From: an uncultured Christensenella sp.
GTDB lineage: Bacteria > Bacillota > Clostridia > Christensenellales > Borkfalkiaceae
Direction of reading: 5' to 3'
NCBI GenBank assembly: GCA_910576655.1
Contig: CAJTJC010000007.1
Span: forward strand, 17,363-81,362
DNA: 64,000 bases
Shown one piece after another: positions 1-9,038 of the stretch. The translations under genes were made by a program, and so were the position numbers. The notes below the pieces were generated by a model. It was given only the letters and a program-made list of their open reading frames with translations. It did not search any database and had not been told where the DNA came from. Every line of letters starts with the position of its first letter. The first letter of the stretch is position 1.

Positions 1-780
1 GCCGTTTCTACGGTGCGGCTGCTGGGTAACGCCATGCCTGCAAACGCGCTCGCTTCGTTTACCGCTCTTTCCGCAGAGGACGAAGTCAAGTCGCAGGCGG
101 AAAAGTTCAACGAATACTTTACCGCGCTCGACAGCTTTCTCGGCGAAGACGTGGTTTCCACTTCCACTCAGAAAAATACGGATACCGCTTATCCCTTCGA
201 TATTAAAATGACCATTAACGGCAAAGACTTCGACGGCGATACCGTAACCTACACTATGTACTACACCGAAACTCTGTACAAGTCGGAAACAGACGAGGAC
301 GAGATTGAAAACGAATACCGGTTAGTAGGCGTTATGGTTATAGACGGTGCGAACTACGTTCTCGAAGGCGAACGCAGCGAGGAAAGCGAAAAGGACGAGA
401 CCGAAACCGAGCTGAAAATCCGCGCCTACGCCGACGTTAACGACAGGTCCTCTTTCGTCGAAATGGAGCAGGAATATTCCGAGGAAGAGGGCGAAAGAGA
501 AACCGAATACGTTTACTCCGTCTACTCGGGCGGCAAGCTTATAGAGCAGACCGCAGTCGAATTCGAAACCGAAACCAAGAACGGTAAAACGCAAACCGAG
601 TACGAGCTGGAATTCAGAAAGGGCAACTCTAAGGGCAAATACAGCGTAAGCCGCGACGGCGCGGAAATTGCAGTAAAATATAAAATCGACGGCGAATCGG
701 GCAAATTCGTCATACGCGAAACGGACGGAAAAGAACGCTACGAATACGTTTTCTCCGACGGCACGAAATTGAAATTTTAA
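1..780 (+). CDS. hypothetical protein, C-terminal part (5' end lies upstream of the window)
   Basis: The frame is open from nt 1, with no stop before the GTG at 13. The product is very Glu/Thr-rich and has no motif I recognise. A hairpin terminator follows directly. Confidence 0.5.
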   Translation, partial: AVSTVRLLGNAMPANALASFTALSAEDEVKSQAEKFNEYFTALDSFLGEDVVSTSTQKNTDTAYPFDIKMTINGKDFDGDTVTYTMYYTETLYKSETDEDEIENEYRLVGVMVIDGANYVLEGERSEESEKDETETELKIRAYADVNDRSSFVEMEQEYSEEEGERETEYVYSVYSGGKLIEQTAVEFETETKNGKTQTEYELEFRKGNSKGKYSVSRDGAEIAVKYKIDGESGKFVIRETDGKERYEYVFSDGTKLKF

Positions 781-807
781 AAAGGAGGCTTAAAGCCTCC
801 TTTTTTA
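781..807. terminator. bidirectional rho-independent terminator between convergent genes
   Basis: Stem aggaggc / gcctcct (783-789 / 795-801) with loop ttaaa, an A-run on the left and a T-run on the right. The T-run overlaps the stop of the minus-strand gene at 805. Confidence 0.8.
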
Positions 808-2166
808 TATTTTGGAAAGTATGTGGCGCGCAACGTATACGCCGCTTGCCGAAGCGTGCGAAAGCGAGTGTGTTACGCCGCTTCCGTCGCCGATTATATA
901 CAGCCCCTTGTGCTTGGCTTCGAGGTTTTCGTCCGTTTCCACTTCCATATTGTAGAACTTGACCTCTACGCCGTACAGTAGAGTTTCGTCGTTTGCCGTG
1001 CCCTTTGCAACCTTATCGAGCGCGTAAATCATTTCGATTATGCCGTCGAGAATACGCTTGGGCAGAATAAGACTCAAATCGCCGGGGGTAGCTTTAAGCG
1101 TGGGAACGACTAAGTTTTCCTCTATCCTCTTCTGCGTGCTGCGCCTGCCGCGCACCATATCGCCGAACCTCTGCACTATTACGCCACCGCCCAGCATATT
1201 GGAAAGACGGGCGATACTCTCGCCGTAGCCGTTGCTGTCCTTGAACGGCTCGGAAAAGTGCTTTGAAACGAGCAGGGCAAAGTTGGTGTTGTTAGTTTTC
1301 TTTTTCTCGTCCTCGAAGCTATGCCCGTTGACGGTGATTATGCCGTTCGTGTTCTCGTTTACGACTATTCCGTGCGGGTTCATACAGAACGTACGCACCC
1401 TGTCCTCGTACTTTTCGGTTGTGTAAACGATTTTGCTTTCGTAAAGCTCGTCGGTGATATGCTCGAACACCTCCGCGTTCAGCTCTACGCGCACGCCTAT
1501 ATCCACGCGGTTGGAATGTGTGGTAATGTCAAGATTTTTACATACCTTTTCCATCCACTTGCTGCCGCTTCTGCCCGCGGAAACGATGCAGTATTTACAG
1601 GTGTAGCTCTTGTCCGCGACCACCTCGAAGCCGTCCGCGGTCTTTTTAACGTCGTTTACGTGAGTGTTGAAATAGAAATCTATTTTGTCCTTCAACTCGT
1701 CGTATATGTTCGACAGCACGGTATAATTTATGTCCGTACCCAAATGGCGCACCTTTGCGTTTAAAAGGTTTAGCTTGTTCTGCGTGCAAATCTTGTGGAA
1801 GTCAGAGCCCGCCGTGGAATACAGCTTAGTCTGCGCGCCGCCGTGCGCCGCATTGATTGCGTCTACGTATTCCATAAGCGCAAGCGCGTTCGCCTTGCCG
1901 ACGTGCTCGTACAGGCTGCCGCCGAAGTCGTTGGTTATGTTGTATTTGCCGTCCGAAAACGCGCCCGCGCCGCCGAAGCCGGACATTATCGAACACGTTT
2001 TGCAGCTTATACAGGAAGTTATTTTATCCCCGTCAATGGGGCATTTGCGTTTGGAAAGCTCGTTTCCCTCTTCGAAAACGGCAACTTTAAGCCCGCTTGC
2101 GCGCAGCTCGTATGCCGAAAAGATACCTCCGGGGCCCGCCCCTATAATTATAACGTCGTATTTCAT
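805..2166 (-). CDS. FAD-dependent dehydrogenase (uncharacterised NAD(FAD)-utilising family, COG2509-like)
   Basis: N-terminal dinucleotide-binding motif MKYDVIIIGAGPGGIFSAYEL and C-terminal GLYIIGDGSG motif. Length is 453 aa. Its start overlaps the stop of the upstream gene by 4 nt. Confidence 0.75.
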   Translation of the reverse strand: MKYDVIIIGAGPGGIFSAYELRASGLKVAVFEEGNELSKRKCPIDGDKITSCISCKTCSIMSGFGGAGAFSDGKYNITNDFGGSLYEHVGKANALALMEYVDAINAAHGGAQTKLYSTAGSDFHKICTQNKLNLLNAKVRHLGTDINYTVLSNIYDELKDKIDFYFNTHVNDVKKTADGFEVVADKSYTCKYCIVSAGRSGSKWMEKVCKNLDITTHSNRVDIGVRVELNAEVFEHITDELYESKIVYTTEKYEDRVRTFCMNPHGIVVNENTNGIITVNGHSFEDEKKKTNNTNFALLVSKHFSEPFKDSNGYGESIARLSNMLGGGVIVQRFGDMVRGRRSTQKRIEENLVVPTLKATPGDLSLILPKRILDGIIEMIYALDKVAKGTANDETLLYGVEVKFYNMEVETDENLEAKHKGLYIIGDGSGVTHSLSHASASGVYVARHILSKI

Positions 2167-3272
2167 TTATGATTGACCAATCCTACTATTTTTTCAATTA
2201 CCTCGTCCACGTCGTCGCCGACCACGACCTCGGTATCGCACACCTCGCTGTTACGGTACTCGAAGTCGAGCGACATAATGCGCCTCGTCTTGTCGTCGAG
2301 GTCTATATCCGTGCTTATAATGCTCTTTATCGCGTCGGCACGCTCTCTTTTCGTAAACACGAGCATAGCCCGCTCGCGGTATAAATTTTTAAGCGTGATT
2401 GCTCCGCAAATATCTATGGGAATGACGGCAACCCCGCCCCTTTCGACTATGGGCGAAATTTCCTTTTCCGAGGTACCGAAATGGTATCCGCTGTAAACGG
2501 TGGTTTCGATATAGCTACCCGCCTTCATCTCGCGTATGAACTGCGCCTCGGAAATAAAGCGGTAAGCGTCAGGCGCCTCGTCGCTTCGGCGCGGACGGGT
2601 GGTTGAAGTGAGCGGCTTTTCGAAGCCGTCAAGCGCGGTAAGCCCGTTTGCGATTTCCGTCTTTGACGAGCCCGACGGACCCACAAGGCAAAGCACGCCG
2701 CCGTTGCCGAGCTTGGGAAACTTGTCGTAAAAGGAATTTCTCACCATCTCGCAAAAGTGCATAAAGTCGTCATAGCCGTTTACCGAAAGCAGCCCCGAAA
2801 GCCCCGTATTCCACGGCTTGCGGAAAAGCACGGGATACGCCGCGCGCGAGCTTGAAATGTTGTGCGCGCCGTCGTCAAGCATAATATCAAGCGAAATTAT
2901 ATCCTTGCGCGTGCCCAAAATTATATTTTCATGCGGAATTTCGGGGAAATCTTTAATAAGTCTTTCTGCCCTCGCGCTCATACAGCACGCGGGTACGGCG
3001 GTAATGAAAAACACGTCCGCAATTTCCGAAAGCTTTCTCACGAACTCCTGCGCGCCCTCGGTTATGGGCTGCGTGCGCACGAATTCGGGGTCGGAATACA
3101 GAGCTATGCGTTCCTCTACGTGTCTGCCGCTCCCGCCCCAGTGCTTTATGTCCTCAACCTTTAAAGGCTCCTCGTCGGGGTGACGCTTGTTGATAATCGA
3201 TACTGCGTACGAATTACATTCGTAAAGCGTGTCGTCCACGTCCAGACCGACACGTATTCTGTATTTTTTCAT
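2163..3272 (-). CDS. fusion protein: NT5C-type HAD 5'(3')-deoxyribonucleotidase domain plus guanylate-kinase-like domain
   Basis: N-terminal half has the HAD motif I VGLDVDDTLYE and later DIMLDDG. C-terminal half has LVGPSGSSKT (P-loop-like), TTRPRRSDE...YRFI and YHFGTS, as in guanylate kinases. I moved the start to the ATG at 3272 (MKKYRIRV), which is preceded by GGAGAGG. The listed 3380 start would overlap the promoter region. Confidence 0.8.
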   Translation of the reverse strand: MKKYRIRVGLDVDDTLYECNSYAVSIINKRHPDEEPLKVEDIKHWGGSGRHVEERIALYSDPEFVRTQPITEGAQEFVRKLSEIADVFFITAVPACCMSARAERLIKDFPEIPHENIILGTRKDIISLDIMLDDGAHNISSSRAAYPVLFRKPWNTGLSGLLSVNGYDDFMHFCEMVRNSFYDKFPKLGNGGVLCLVGPSGSSKTEIANGLTALDGFEKPLTSTTRPRRSDEAPDAYRFISEAQFIREMKAGSYIETTVYSGYHFGTSEKEISPIVERGGVAVIPIDICGAITLKNLYRERAMLVFTKRERADAIKSIISTDIDLDDKTRRIMSLDFEYRNSEVCDTEVVVGDDVDEVIEKIVGLVNHK

Positions 3273-3290
3273 ATATTTACCTCTCCGTAC

Positions 3291-3319
3291 ATTATAATGT
3301 AAAAGCCGCCAAAAGTCAA
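3291..3319 (-). promoter_or_regulatory. sigma-70/SigA-type promoter for the nucleotidase-GK / FAD-dehydrogenase operon
   Basis: Read on the minus strand: TTGACT (3319-3314), 17 nt spacer, TATAAT (3296-3291), about 20 nt before the ATG at 3272. Confidence 0.75.
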
Positions 3320-3335
3320 GCCCCAAATTCGGCAG

Positions 3336-3364
3336 TTGACAAATGCGTTTCCTTATGATATACT
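3336..3364 (+). promoter_or_regulatory. sigma-70/SigA-type promoter for the DHH-DHH-surE operon
   Basis: TTGACA (3336-3341), 17 nt spacer, TGaTATACT extended -10 (3356-3364). The AAGGAG RBS and the ATG at 3395 follow. Confidence 0.75.
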
Positions 3365-3394
3365 GTTTTGTTAATTGCAATAAGGAGTAAAAAG

Positions 3395-4333
3395 ATGTTT
3401 AAAGAAGCTTTAAAATTAATTAAAAAATACGATACGATAATAATTCACCGTCATAAATATCCCGACGGTGACGCGCTGGGCAGTCAAATGGGACTTGCCG
3501 CGCTTTTAAAGGACAATTTCAAAAATAAGCGCGTTTTCGTAGTCGGCGACGAAGCGCTACGCCTGCCTTTTATGCTCGGCAAAATAGACGAAATCCCCGA
3601 CGAATACTATAAGGACGCGCTTGCTATTATTCTCGACTGCGGCTCTGCGCGGCTTATCAGCGACGACAGATACAAGCTTGCCGCAAAGACGCTGCGCATA
3701 GACCACCACGTTTACTGCGAAAAGATTGCCGACCTTGATATAGTGGACAGCACCTACGAAAGCGCGTGCGGCATGGTTGCAATGCTTGCAAAGGAATGTA
3801 AATGGAAGCTTTCGCCCGTATCGGCAACGGCGCTGTACACAGGTATGGTGACCGACAGCGGCAGGTTCGTGTTCGACTCTACCTCGGCGCGCACGTTCGA
3901 GCTGGCGGCTTTCCTTATGTCGCAGCCCATCGATTTGAATACGCTGCATTATAACCTGTATTCCGAGGACTTCGACGATATTATTAAAAAAGCCGACAAT
4001 ATGCACAAAATAAAGTTTACGCAAAACAACGTCGCCTATATATACACCTCGCGCGCGGATTTACCGGCCGACGCGGACGCCGCTCCCGTCGTTTCGACGG
4101 GGCTGGTAGGACTTATGCGCGACATTAAGGGCGTGCATATCTGGGTAAACTTTACCGAAAGCGACGACGGCGTGCACGTCGAGCTGCGCTCTAACCGCTA
4201 CAATATCAACCCGATTGCCGTCAAGTACGGCGGCGGCGGACATAAAAAGGCAAGCGGCTGCACCGTTCCCGACAAGGCTACCGCAATGGCGCTTTTAGAC
4301 GATTTGAACGCGCTTGCCGATACGGAGGCTTAA
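3395..4333 (+). CDS. DHH/DHHA1 phosphoesterase, NrnA-like (oligoribonuclease / pAp phosphatase family), copy 1
   Basis: Motifs HRHKYPDGDALGS, ILDCG, IDHH and the C-terminal GGGHKKASG. The start was moved to the ATG at 3395, behind AAGGAG. Confidence 0.85.
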   Translation: MFKEALKLIKKYDTIIIHRHKYPDGDALGSQMGLAALLKDNFKNKRVFVVGDEALRLPFMLGKIDEIPDEYYKDALAIILDCGSARLISDDRYKLAAKTLRIDHHVYCEKIADLDIVDSTYESACGMVAMLAKECKWKLSPVSATALYTGMVTDSGRFVFDSTSARTFELAAFLMSQPIDLNTLHYNLYSEDFDDIIKKADNMHKIKFTQNNVAYIYTSRADLPADADAAPVVSTGLVGLMRDIKGVHIWVNFTESDDGVHVELRSNRYNINPIAVKYGGGGHKKASGCTVPDKATAMALLDDLNALADTEA

Positions 4334-5311
4334 ATGAACGAGAGCATTAAAAACGAAATTCTGAGCAAAATAGAAAGCTATAAAAAGATTATAGTGTCCC
4401 GCCACGTTCGTCCCGACGGGGACGCAATTGGCTCGACTAAGGGGCTTGTAAAGCTGCTGCGCGACACCTATTCCGACAAGAGCATTTACCTCGTCAACGA
4501 GGACTATTCGGACTACCTCGCTTTTCTCGGCGGCGAGGACGCTGCGCCCGAGGACTGCTCGGACGCGCTTCAAATCGTGCTTGACACTGGCACCGAGGAC
4601 CGCATTTCGAACAGCCGTTTCCGCGAGGCGAAAGAAATTATAAAAATCGACCACCACATCGACGACAAGCCCTACGGCGATATAAGCTGGGTTGAGGACT
4701 TCCGCTCGTCCGCGTGCGAAATGGTTGCTGATTTTTACGTAACCCATAAGGATAAGCTTAAAATGACGCCCGAGGCGGCGACGTATATCTACCTCGGAAT
4801 GGTGACCGACAGCGGCAGGTTCCGCTACGAGGGCGTAACGGGCGAAACTATGCGGCTTGCGGGCGCGCTGCTTGACTGCGGCGTGGACGCGCAAAAGCTG
4901 TTTGCCAACCTTTACGTTGACGAGTTCGAAACCCTGAAACTCAAATCTTACGTCTACGACCATATTAAAATTACGCCCAACGGCGTCGCCTACGTCTATA
5001 TGGACGATGCGGTGCAAAAGAAGTTTAACCTAACGCAGGAAGCGGCAAGCGACGTCGTCGGAGAGCTGAGCGCGATACGCGGCAGCCTCATTTGGCTTGC
5101 GTTTATAGATAATAAGGCGAAAAATCATATACGCGTCAGGCTGCGCTCGCGCTTCCTCGGCGTTAAGGACCTTGCGAACAACTACCACGGCGGCGGACAC
5201 AATATGGCTGCGGGCGCGACGGTTTATTCAAAAGAAGAAATGCAAAAGCTTATCGACGACGCAGATAAACTGCTCGGCGAATACAAGAAAACGCACGGAG
5301 GTTGGCTATGA
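4334..5311 (+). CDS. DHH/DHHA1 phosphoesterase, NrnA-like, copy 2 (tandem paralog)
   Basis: Motifs SRHVRPDGDAIGS, VLDTG, IDHH and GGGHNMAAG. Its ATG directly abuts the stop of copy 1 (TAAATG). Confidence 0.85.
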   Translation: MNESIKNEILSKIESYKKIIVSRHVRPDGDAIGSTKGLVKLLRDTYSDKSIYLVNEDYSDYLAFLGGEDAAPEDCSDALQIVLDTGTEDRISNSRFREAKEIIKIDHHIDDKPYGDISWVEDFRSSACEMVADFYVTHKDKLKMTPEAATYIYLGMVTDSGRFRYEGVTGETMRLAGALLDCGVDAQKLFANLYVDEFETLKLKSYVYDHIKITPNGVAYVYMDDAVQKKFNLTQEAASDVVGELSAIRGSLIWLAFIDNKAKNHIRVRLRSRFLGVKDLANNYHGGGHNMAAGATVYSKEEMQKLIDDADKLLGEYKKTHGGWL

Positions 5312-6033
5312 AAATTTTACTTGTAAACGACGACGGCATAAACGCCGAGGGATTGCGCCATCTGGTTAACTGGGCAAAAACCAAAGGCGAGGTTTGCGTG
5401 TTTGCGCCCAAAGTTCAGCAGAGCGGAAAAAGCCACTCGATTGAAATTCACGACGCTTACGAGGTGAAAAAGGTCGACCTTTTCGACGGCGTAGAGGCTT
5501 ACAGCGTTGATTCCACCCCCGCCGACTGCGTGCGTATTGCCGTACTCGGCTTTAAAAAGAAATTTGACCTTGTAATTTCGGGTGTTAACTGCGGGCATAA
5601 CCTCGGCGGCGACGTAGAGTACTCCGGCACCGTCGGCGCCTGCTTCGAGGCGGCGAAAACGGGCGTTAAAGCGCTTGCTTTTTCAGCGATATACACCTCG
5701 TTTGACAATGCCGTTAAAAACTTCGACAAGGTGTTCGACTGCATTTACGCGAATAAAATGTTTGACCACGCCGATATACTTAACGTCAATTTCCCCGAAA
5801 ACGGCGACGAAATATTAATTACGAAAACCGGCCCCGCAATTTATACAGACAACTTCGAGTTTCTTGACGACGGCAGAGTGAAACCCTGCCTAGTGTGTCT
5901 GTACGACAACACAACAGACACCGAAATAGACACCGACGCAACGATGACGGGGCACATAACCATAACCCCCCTTTCCTGCAATTTAACCGACGCCGACGCT
6001 TACGCGGCTATTAAAAAAAGCTTTAAAAAATAA
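5308..6033 (+). CDS. surE: 5'/3'-nucleotidase SurE
   Basis: N-terminus MKILLVNDDGINAEGL and the SGVNCGHNLG motif are typical of SurE. GGAGG lies 6 nt upstream of the ATG at 5308. The gene overlaps the upstream gene by 4 nt. Confidence 0.9.
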   Translation: MKILLVNDDGINAEGLRHLVNWAKTKGEVCVFAPKVQQSGKSHSIEIHDAYEVKKVDLFDGVEAYSVDSTPADCVRIAVLGFKKKFDLVISGVNCGHNLGGDVEYSGTVGACFEAAKTGVKALAFSAIYTSFDNAVKNFDKVFDCIYANKMFDHADILNVNFPENGDEILITKTGPAIYTDNFEFLDDGRVKPCLVCLYDNTTDTEIDTDATMTGHITITPLSCNLTDADAYAAIKKSFKK

Positions 6034-6044
6034 CCGACAACAAA

Positions 6045-6077
6045 AAACAGCCTTCCCTTTCGGGAAGGTTGTTTTTA
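6045..6077. terminator. bidirectional rho-independent terminator between convergent operons
   Basis: Core stem ccttccc / gggaagg (6051-6057 / 6062-6068) with loop tttc, extendable outward, between an A-run and a T-run. Confidence 0.8.
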
Positions 6078-6084
6078 TTATAAT

Positions 6085-7629
6085 TTAATTAGCAGGATTT
6101 ACGTCTATTGACATAAGTCTAATCTGATTAATAGATGCAACGAACTCTATTGATGTTACAGCCGTAGCAAATTCAACAATTACGTCGTTGCCAGAAACAG
6201 TAACTGTAGCGCCGCTGATATTTGCAGCCTTAATAGCTTCTTCAAGATTTTTGGGATAATCGTTTTTAGCCTCTGTGCCGAACGCTTCAGCGCTATGGAA
6301 AACAATTTTTGTTATTCCTGCAAATTCAACCTTTATGGAAGAATTTTTATAGCAACGAACGGGGTCAGTATATTGCGTATTTACATTACTTGTACTACTA
6401 CCTTTCGAGTTCGTAAACGTAACTCCGTTATCTACCCAAACCTGCTCCTCTGTCGTAGCTACGGTACGCTTTGAGGTATCATTAAATGCAAGTGACCCGC
6501 TTGCACCAGGAACCACTGTAGCAGCGGCCTTAATTGTGATGGTTACGTCCTTGGTCGAGGTTGCCGAGCCGCAGGTTGCTGTAACGGTAACGACAACGGT
6601 TTTATCCTCGGTGGGAAGAGCCGCAACGTTCACTTTATCATCTGCAACCGTAGCTGCATCGCCCGATTTAAGAGCCCAAGCAAAAGTAACTGCTTCTTCG
6701 TCTGATAAGGGAAGAGCGGTTTCACCAACTCTGTTAATAGTCATATTCGCATTAACAGCTTCGAGTGCATCGGCTATCTTCTGGTCATCGGTTCTCTTAT
6801 CTTCAGCTTTTTCCAAAGCGTGACACTGAATACCCGTGCTGCCCTTATAGGTAACCTCAGGCTGAGGGTCGCCGGTTGCGCCTGCCTTAAGGTAATTCAT
6901 AAGGAAACCGCTTACGGTGATAAGGTCGCCTTTGCCTAAATCGCTATAGCTTTTAAGAATTTCGCCGTAATTGATACTGAGTATCATTATTGCGTCTTCG
7001 CTGTTCTTGTCTTTATCTTCAGCGTAGGTGTCCGCAATATAAACAAATCCTACTCTGGTGCCGCTATCTCTACCGCAGTCAACAACGTATCCCTTTACGT
7101 ATACAAGGGGAATTTCGTCGGTCTCTGCATACTTCTCGGCAATTTCCAACTTAGAAGCAAGCTCTTTCGCGTAAGAAGCCGAGTACGGGTCTTCAAGAGT
7201 GCCTTGGCTTTCTTTGCTTTTTGCGGTTACGGCTCTTTCATATTCGGCAGTGGCAGTTTCTTTGCCGACCGTAACGGAAGCTTTAAGCTTATATTCTATA
7301 GCCGTTTCTGCTTTCGTAACGCTTACAGTGTACTCTTTTTTGTCGTTCATTTCTGCGCTTACCTTAACGTAATCGTTGAGGTTATTGAAAGTAGCAGAGC
7401 TTACAGACCAATTTACGTTATACAGCTCGCCGTCAACTTTCGTCTGACCCAAAACGGTGTAATCGTTATCAATGGTCTTTTTGCCTTCGTACAACGAATT
7501 GATAGAGGCTATTGCCTTTTTTGCCACCTCCGCATCATTGCTTTCGCTTTCGCCGCCACAAGCAGCAAGCGAGCCTGCGCAGGTTACGCCCATTGTTAAT
7601 ACAAGAGCAGCACTGAGTAATTTTTTCAT
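6085..7629 (-). CDS. surface lipoprotein with OB-fold-like module, function unknown (candidate nucleic-acid-binding protein)
   Basis: Signal peptide plus lipobox LAAC-GG. A central segment (VYVKGYVVD...VGFVYIAD...GDLITVSGFL) resembles the OB-fold segments of the neighbouring thermonuclease. AAGGAGAA RBS. It is the last gene before the terminator. Confidence 0.6.
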   Translation of the reverse strand: MKKLLSAALVLTMGVTCAGSLAACGGESESNDAEVAKKAIASINSLYEGKKTIDNDYTVLGQTKVDGELYNVNWSVSSATFNNLNDYVKVSAEMNDKKEYTVSVTKAETAIEYKLKASVTVGKETATAEYERAVTAKSKESQGTLEDPYSASYAKELASKLEIAEKYAETDEIPLVYVKGYVVDCGRDSGTRVGFVYIADTYAEDKDKNSEDAIMILSINYGEILKSYSDLGKGDLITVSGFLMNYLKAGATGDPQPEVTYKGSTGIQCHALEKAEDKRTDDQKIADALEAVNANMTINRVGETALPLSDEEAVTFAWALKSGDAATVADDKVNVAALPTEDKTVVVTVTATCGSATSTKDVTITIKAAATVVPGASGSLAFNDTSKRTVATTEEQVWVDNGVTFTNSKGSSTSNVNTQYTDPVRCYKNSSIKVEFAGITKIVFHSAEAFGTEAKNDYPKNLEEAIKAANISGATVTVSGNDVIVEFATAVTSIEFVASINQIRLMSIDVNPAN

Positions 7630-7673
7630 TTGGTTCTCCTTATAAAAAATTTTTTAAACTGAATTAATTTTAT

Positions 7674-9035
7674 TTACGCTACTACCGTTATATAATCGGC
7701 ACGGTAACATTTAACCTGATATTCGCCGTTGAACTTTTCAATAAGCCCCTTGACGGTTATAGTTTTATTCAGGTATCTGTCTGCGGTAACAAGCTGACCG
7801 TTTTCGTCTTTAAGAACTTCGGTGCGAACCGTTATAGTCGTTCCGTCGGCAGCTTTACAAGTTATCGACATTGCGCCGTCACTCTGCCCGCCGTTGCTGG
7901 TAGTATAAATTTTAGTAACCGTCATGTTCGAAAGGGTTACGGTAGTACTCATTATAGCTTCACCGTAATTGATATTGACGGTTTCTTCCTCTTCGCCTTC
8001 TTCAAATCTGACGGCAAGTTTACCCGAAACGATATCCTTTGCGTCGGTTTCAACGAACGCCGCACTCTTATCCGTACTTATTACGTTCGAGTTCAAAGGG
8101 TCGTTAGGGTCGAATCCGTTGTAAGATACGCCTGAAATCTGGTAGGTTCCTTGGAATTCGGAAACGGTTCCGACTACGCTTACTTCGTTTCCTACAGTCA
8201 ATACCTCGAGTATTTTACCGCTTGTAAAGCCGTAATAAACCGCAAAGCCGAAATATACGCCCGTATCGGGGTCAAATTCCTCGATATAAACCGAGTTGCT
8301 GAATTCGGTAGTAACCACACCGGTAACCTTAACCTTCTTATTAGCGTAATCGGTCACGTGGCAGCGAAGCTCTTTCAGCGTTACCGGAATTGCCGTGCCG
8401 TAAAAGAAATCGGGGTCGTCCTCGTCAGAGAACACGAACAACTTCTTTGCTTTAGCCTGCGAAAGGGCGTTGCTGGCAATGGTGCCGTAGCGGTTACCCG
8501 CAGTGTTCGAACCTATTGCAAGACCTTCCTGCAAAATTTCCACGTTCAAATTTCTGTAATCGGTTGCGCCTGCGGGCTTATACCAAACCCAAAGCATATA
8601 CCTTTCACCTGTAGAGTCCACGTTCCAGCTACCGTCGTCCGATTCTACGATAATAGATTGGGCTGTTGCAAGCTTATTGTGAGTAAAGTCCGAAGCTTTT
8701 TTGCCCCACGGCTCGATTTTCCCGGTAGATTCGGGCGTATTTATAGCAAGGTATCTTGCTTTGATATATCCCTGCGTCTTTTCGAAATCAGACGGGTCGT
8801 AGCCGGTAATCGTTGAACTTTTAGGGTCGAAGTGCGTCGTGTCGCCGTCGATATAAAGGCGGACGTCCACTTCCTGCTTTTTGGTTTCACTCGTTAAATC
8901 AAGCTTAAGCTCGCTTACATAGTCGACGAATTCCGGCTCTTTAGACTCAGGGTCTTCACATGCTGCACAAAAAACGGGTATCGCTATCAGCGCAGCGCTG
9001 AGCGCCGAAATAAATATTTTAAAGCCTTTTCTCAT
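7674..9035 (-). CDS. secreted/lipoprotein thermonuclease (staphylococcal nuclease family) with C-terminal OB-fold domains
   Basis: SNase motifs YIDGDTTHF, ARYLAINTPES, WGKKASDFT, GERYMLWVWY and NVEILQEGLA. These are followed by two OB-like segments (VKVTGVVTTEF...VSVVGTVSEFQGTYQI and ITVKGLIEKFNGEYQV). There is an N-terminal signal peptide with Cys residues. Confidence 0.85.
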   Translation of the reverse strand: MRKGFKIFISALSAALIAIPVFCAACEDPESKEPEFVDYVSELKLDLTSETKKQEVDVRLYIDGDTTHFDPKSSTITGYDPSDFEKTQGYIKARYLAINTPESTGKIEPWGKKASDFTHNKLATAQSIIVESDDGSWNVDSTGERYMLWVWYKPAGATDYRNLNVEILQEGLAIGSNTAGNRYGTIASNALSQAKAKKLFVFSDEDDPDFFYGTAIPVTLKELRCHVTDYANKKVKVTGVVTTEFSNSVYIEEFDPDTGVYFGFAVYYGFTSGKILEVLTVGNEVSVVGTVSEFQGTYQISGVSYNGFDPNDPLNSNVISTDKSAAFVETDAKDIVSGKLAVRFEEGEEEETVNINYGEAIMSTTVTLSNMTVTKIYTTSNGGQSDGAMSITCKAADGTTITVRTEVLKDENGQLVTADRYLNKTITVKGLIEKFNGEYQVKCYRADYITVVA

Positions 9036-9038
9036 AAT

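Noticed and set aside
3273-3380. Longer N-terminal extensions offered by the ORF track for several genes: 2163-3380, 3368-4333, 14186-15097, 19182-20540, 22401-23675, 48833-50074, 52299-53348, 53354-56140, 58885-60873 and 62097-63260.
   Set aside because: In each case an internal ATG with a good SD gives the canonical family N-terminus. The extension would overlap a promoter, a hairpin or the upstream gene.
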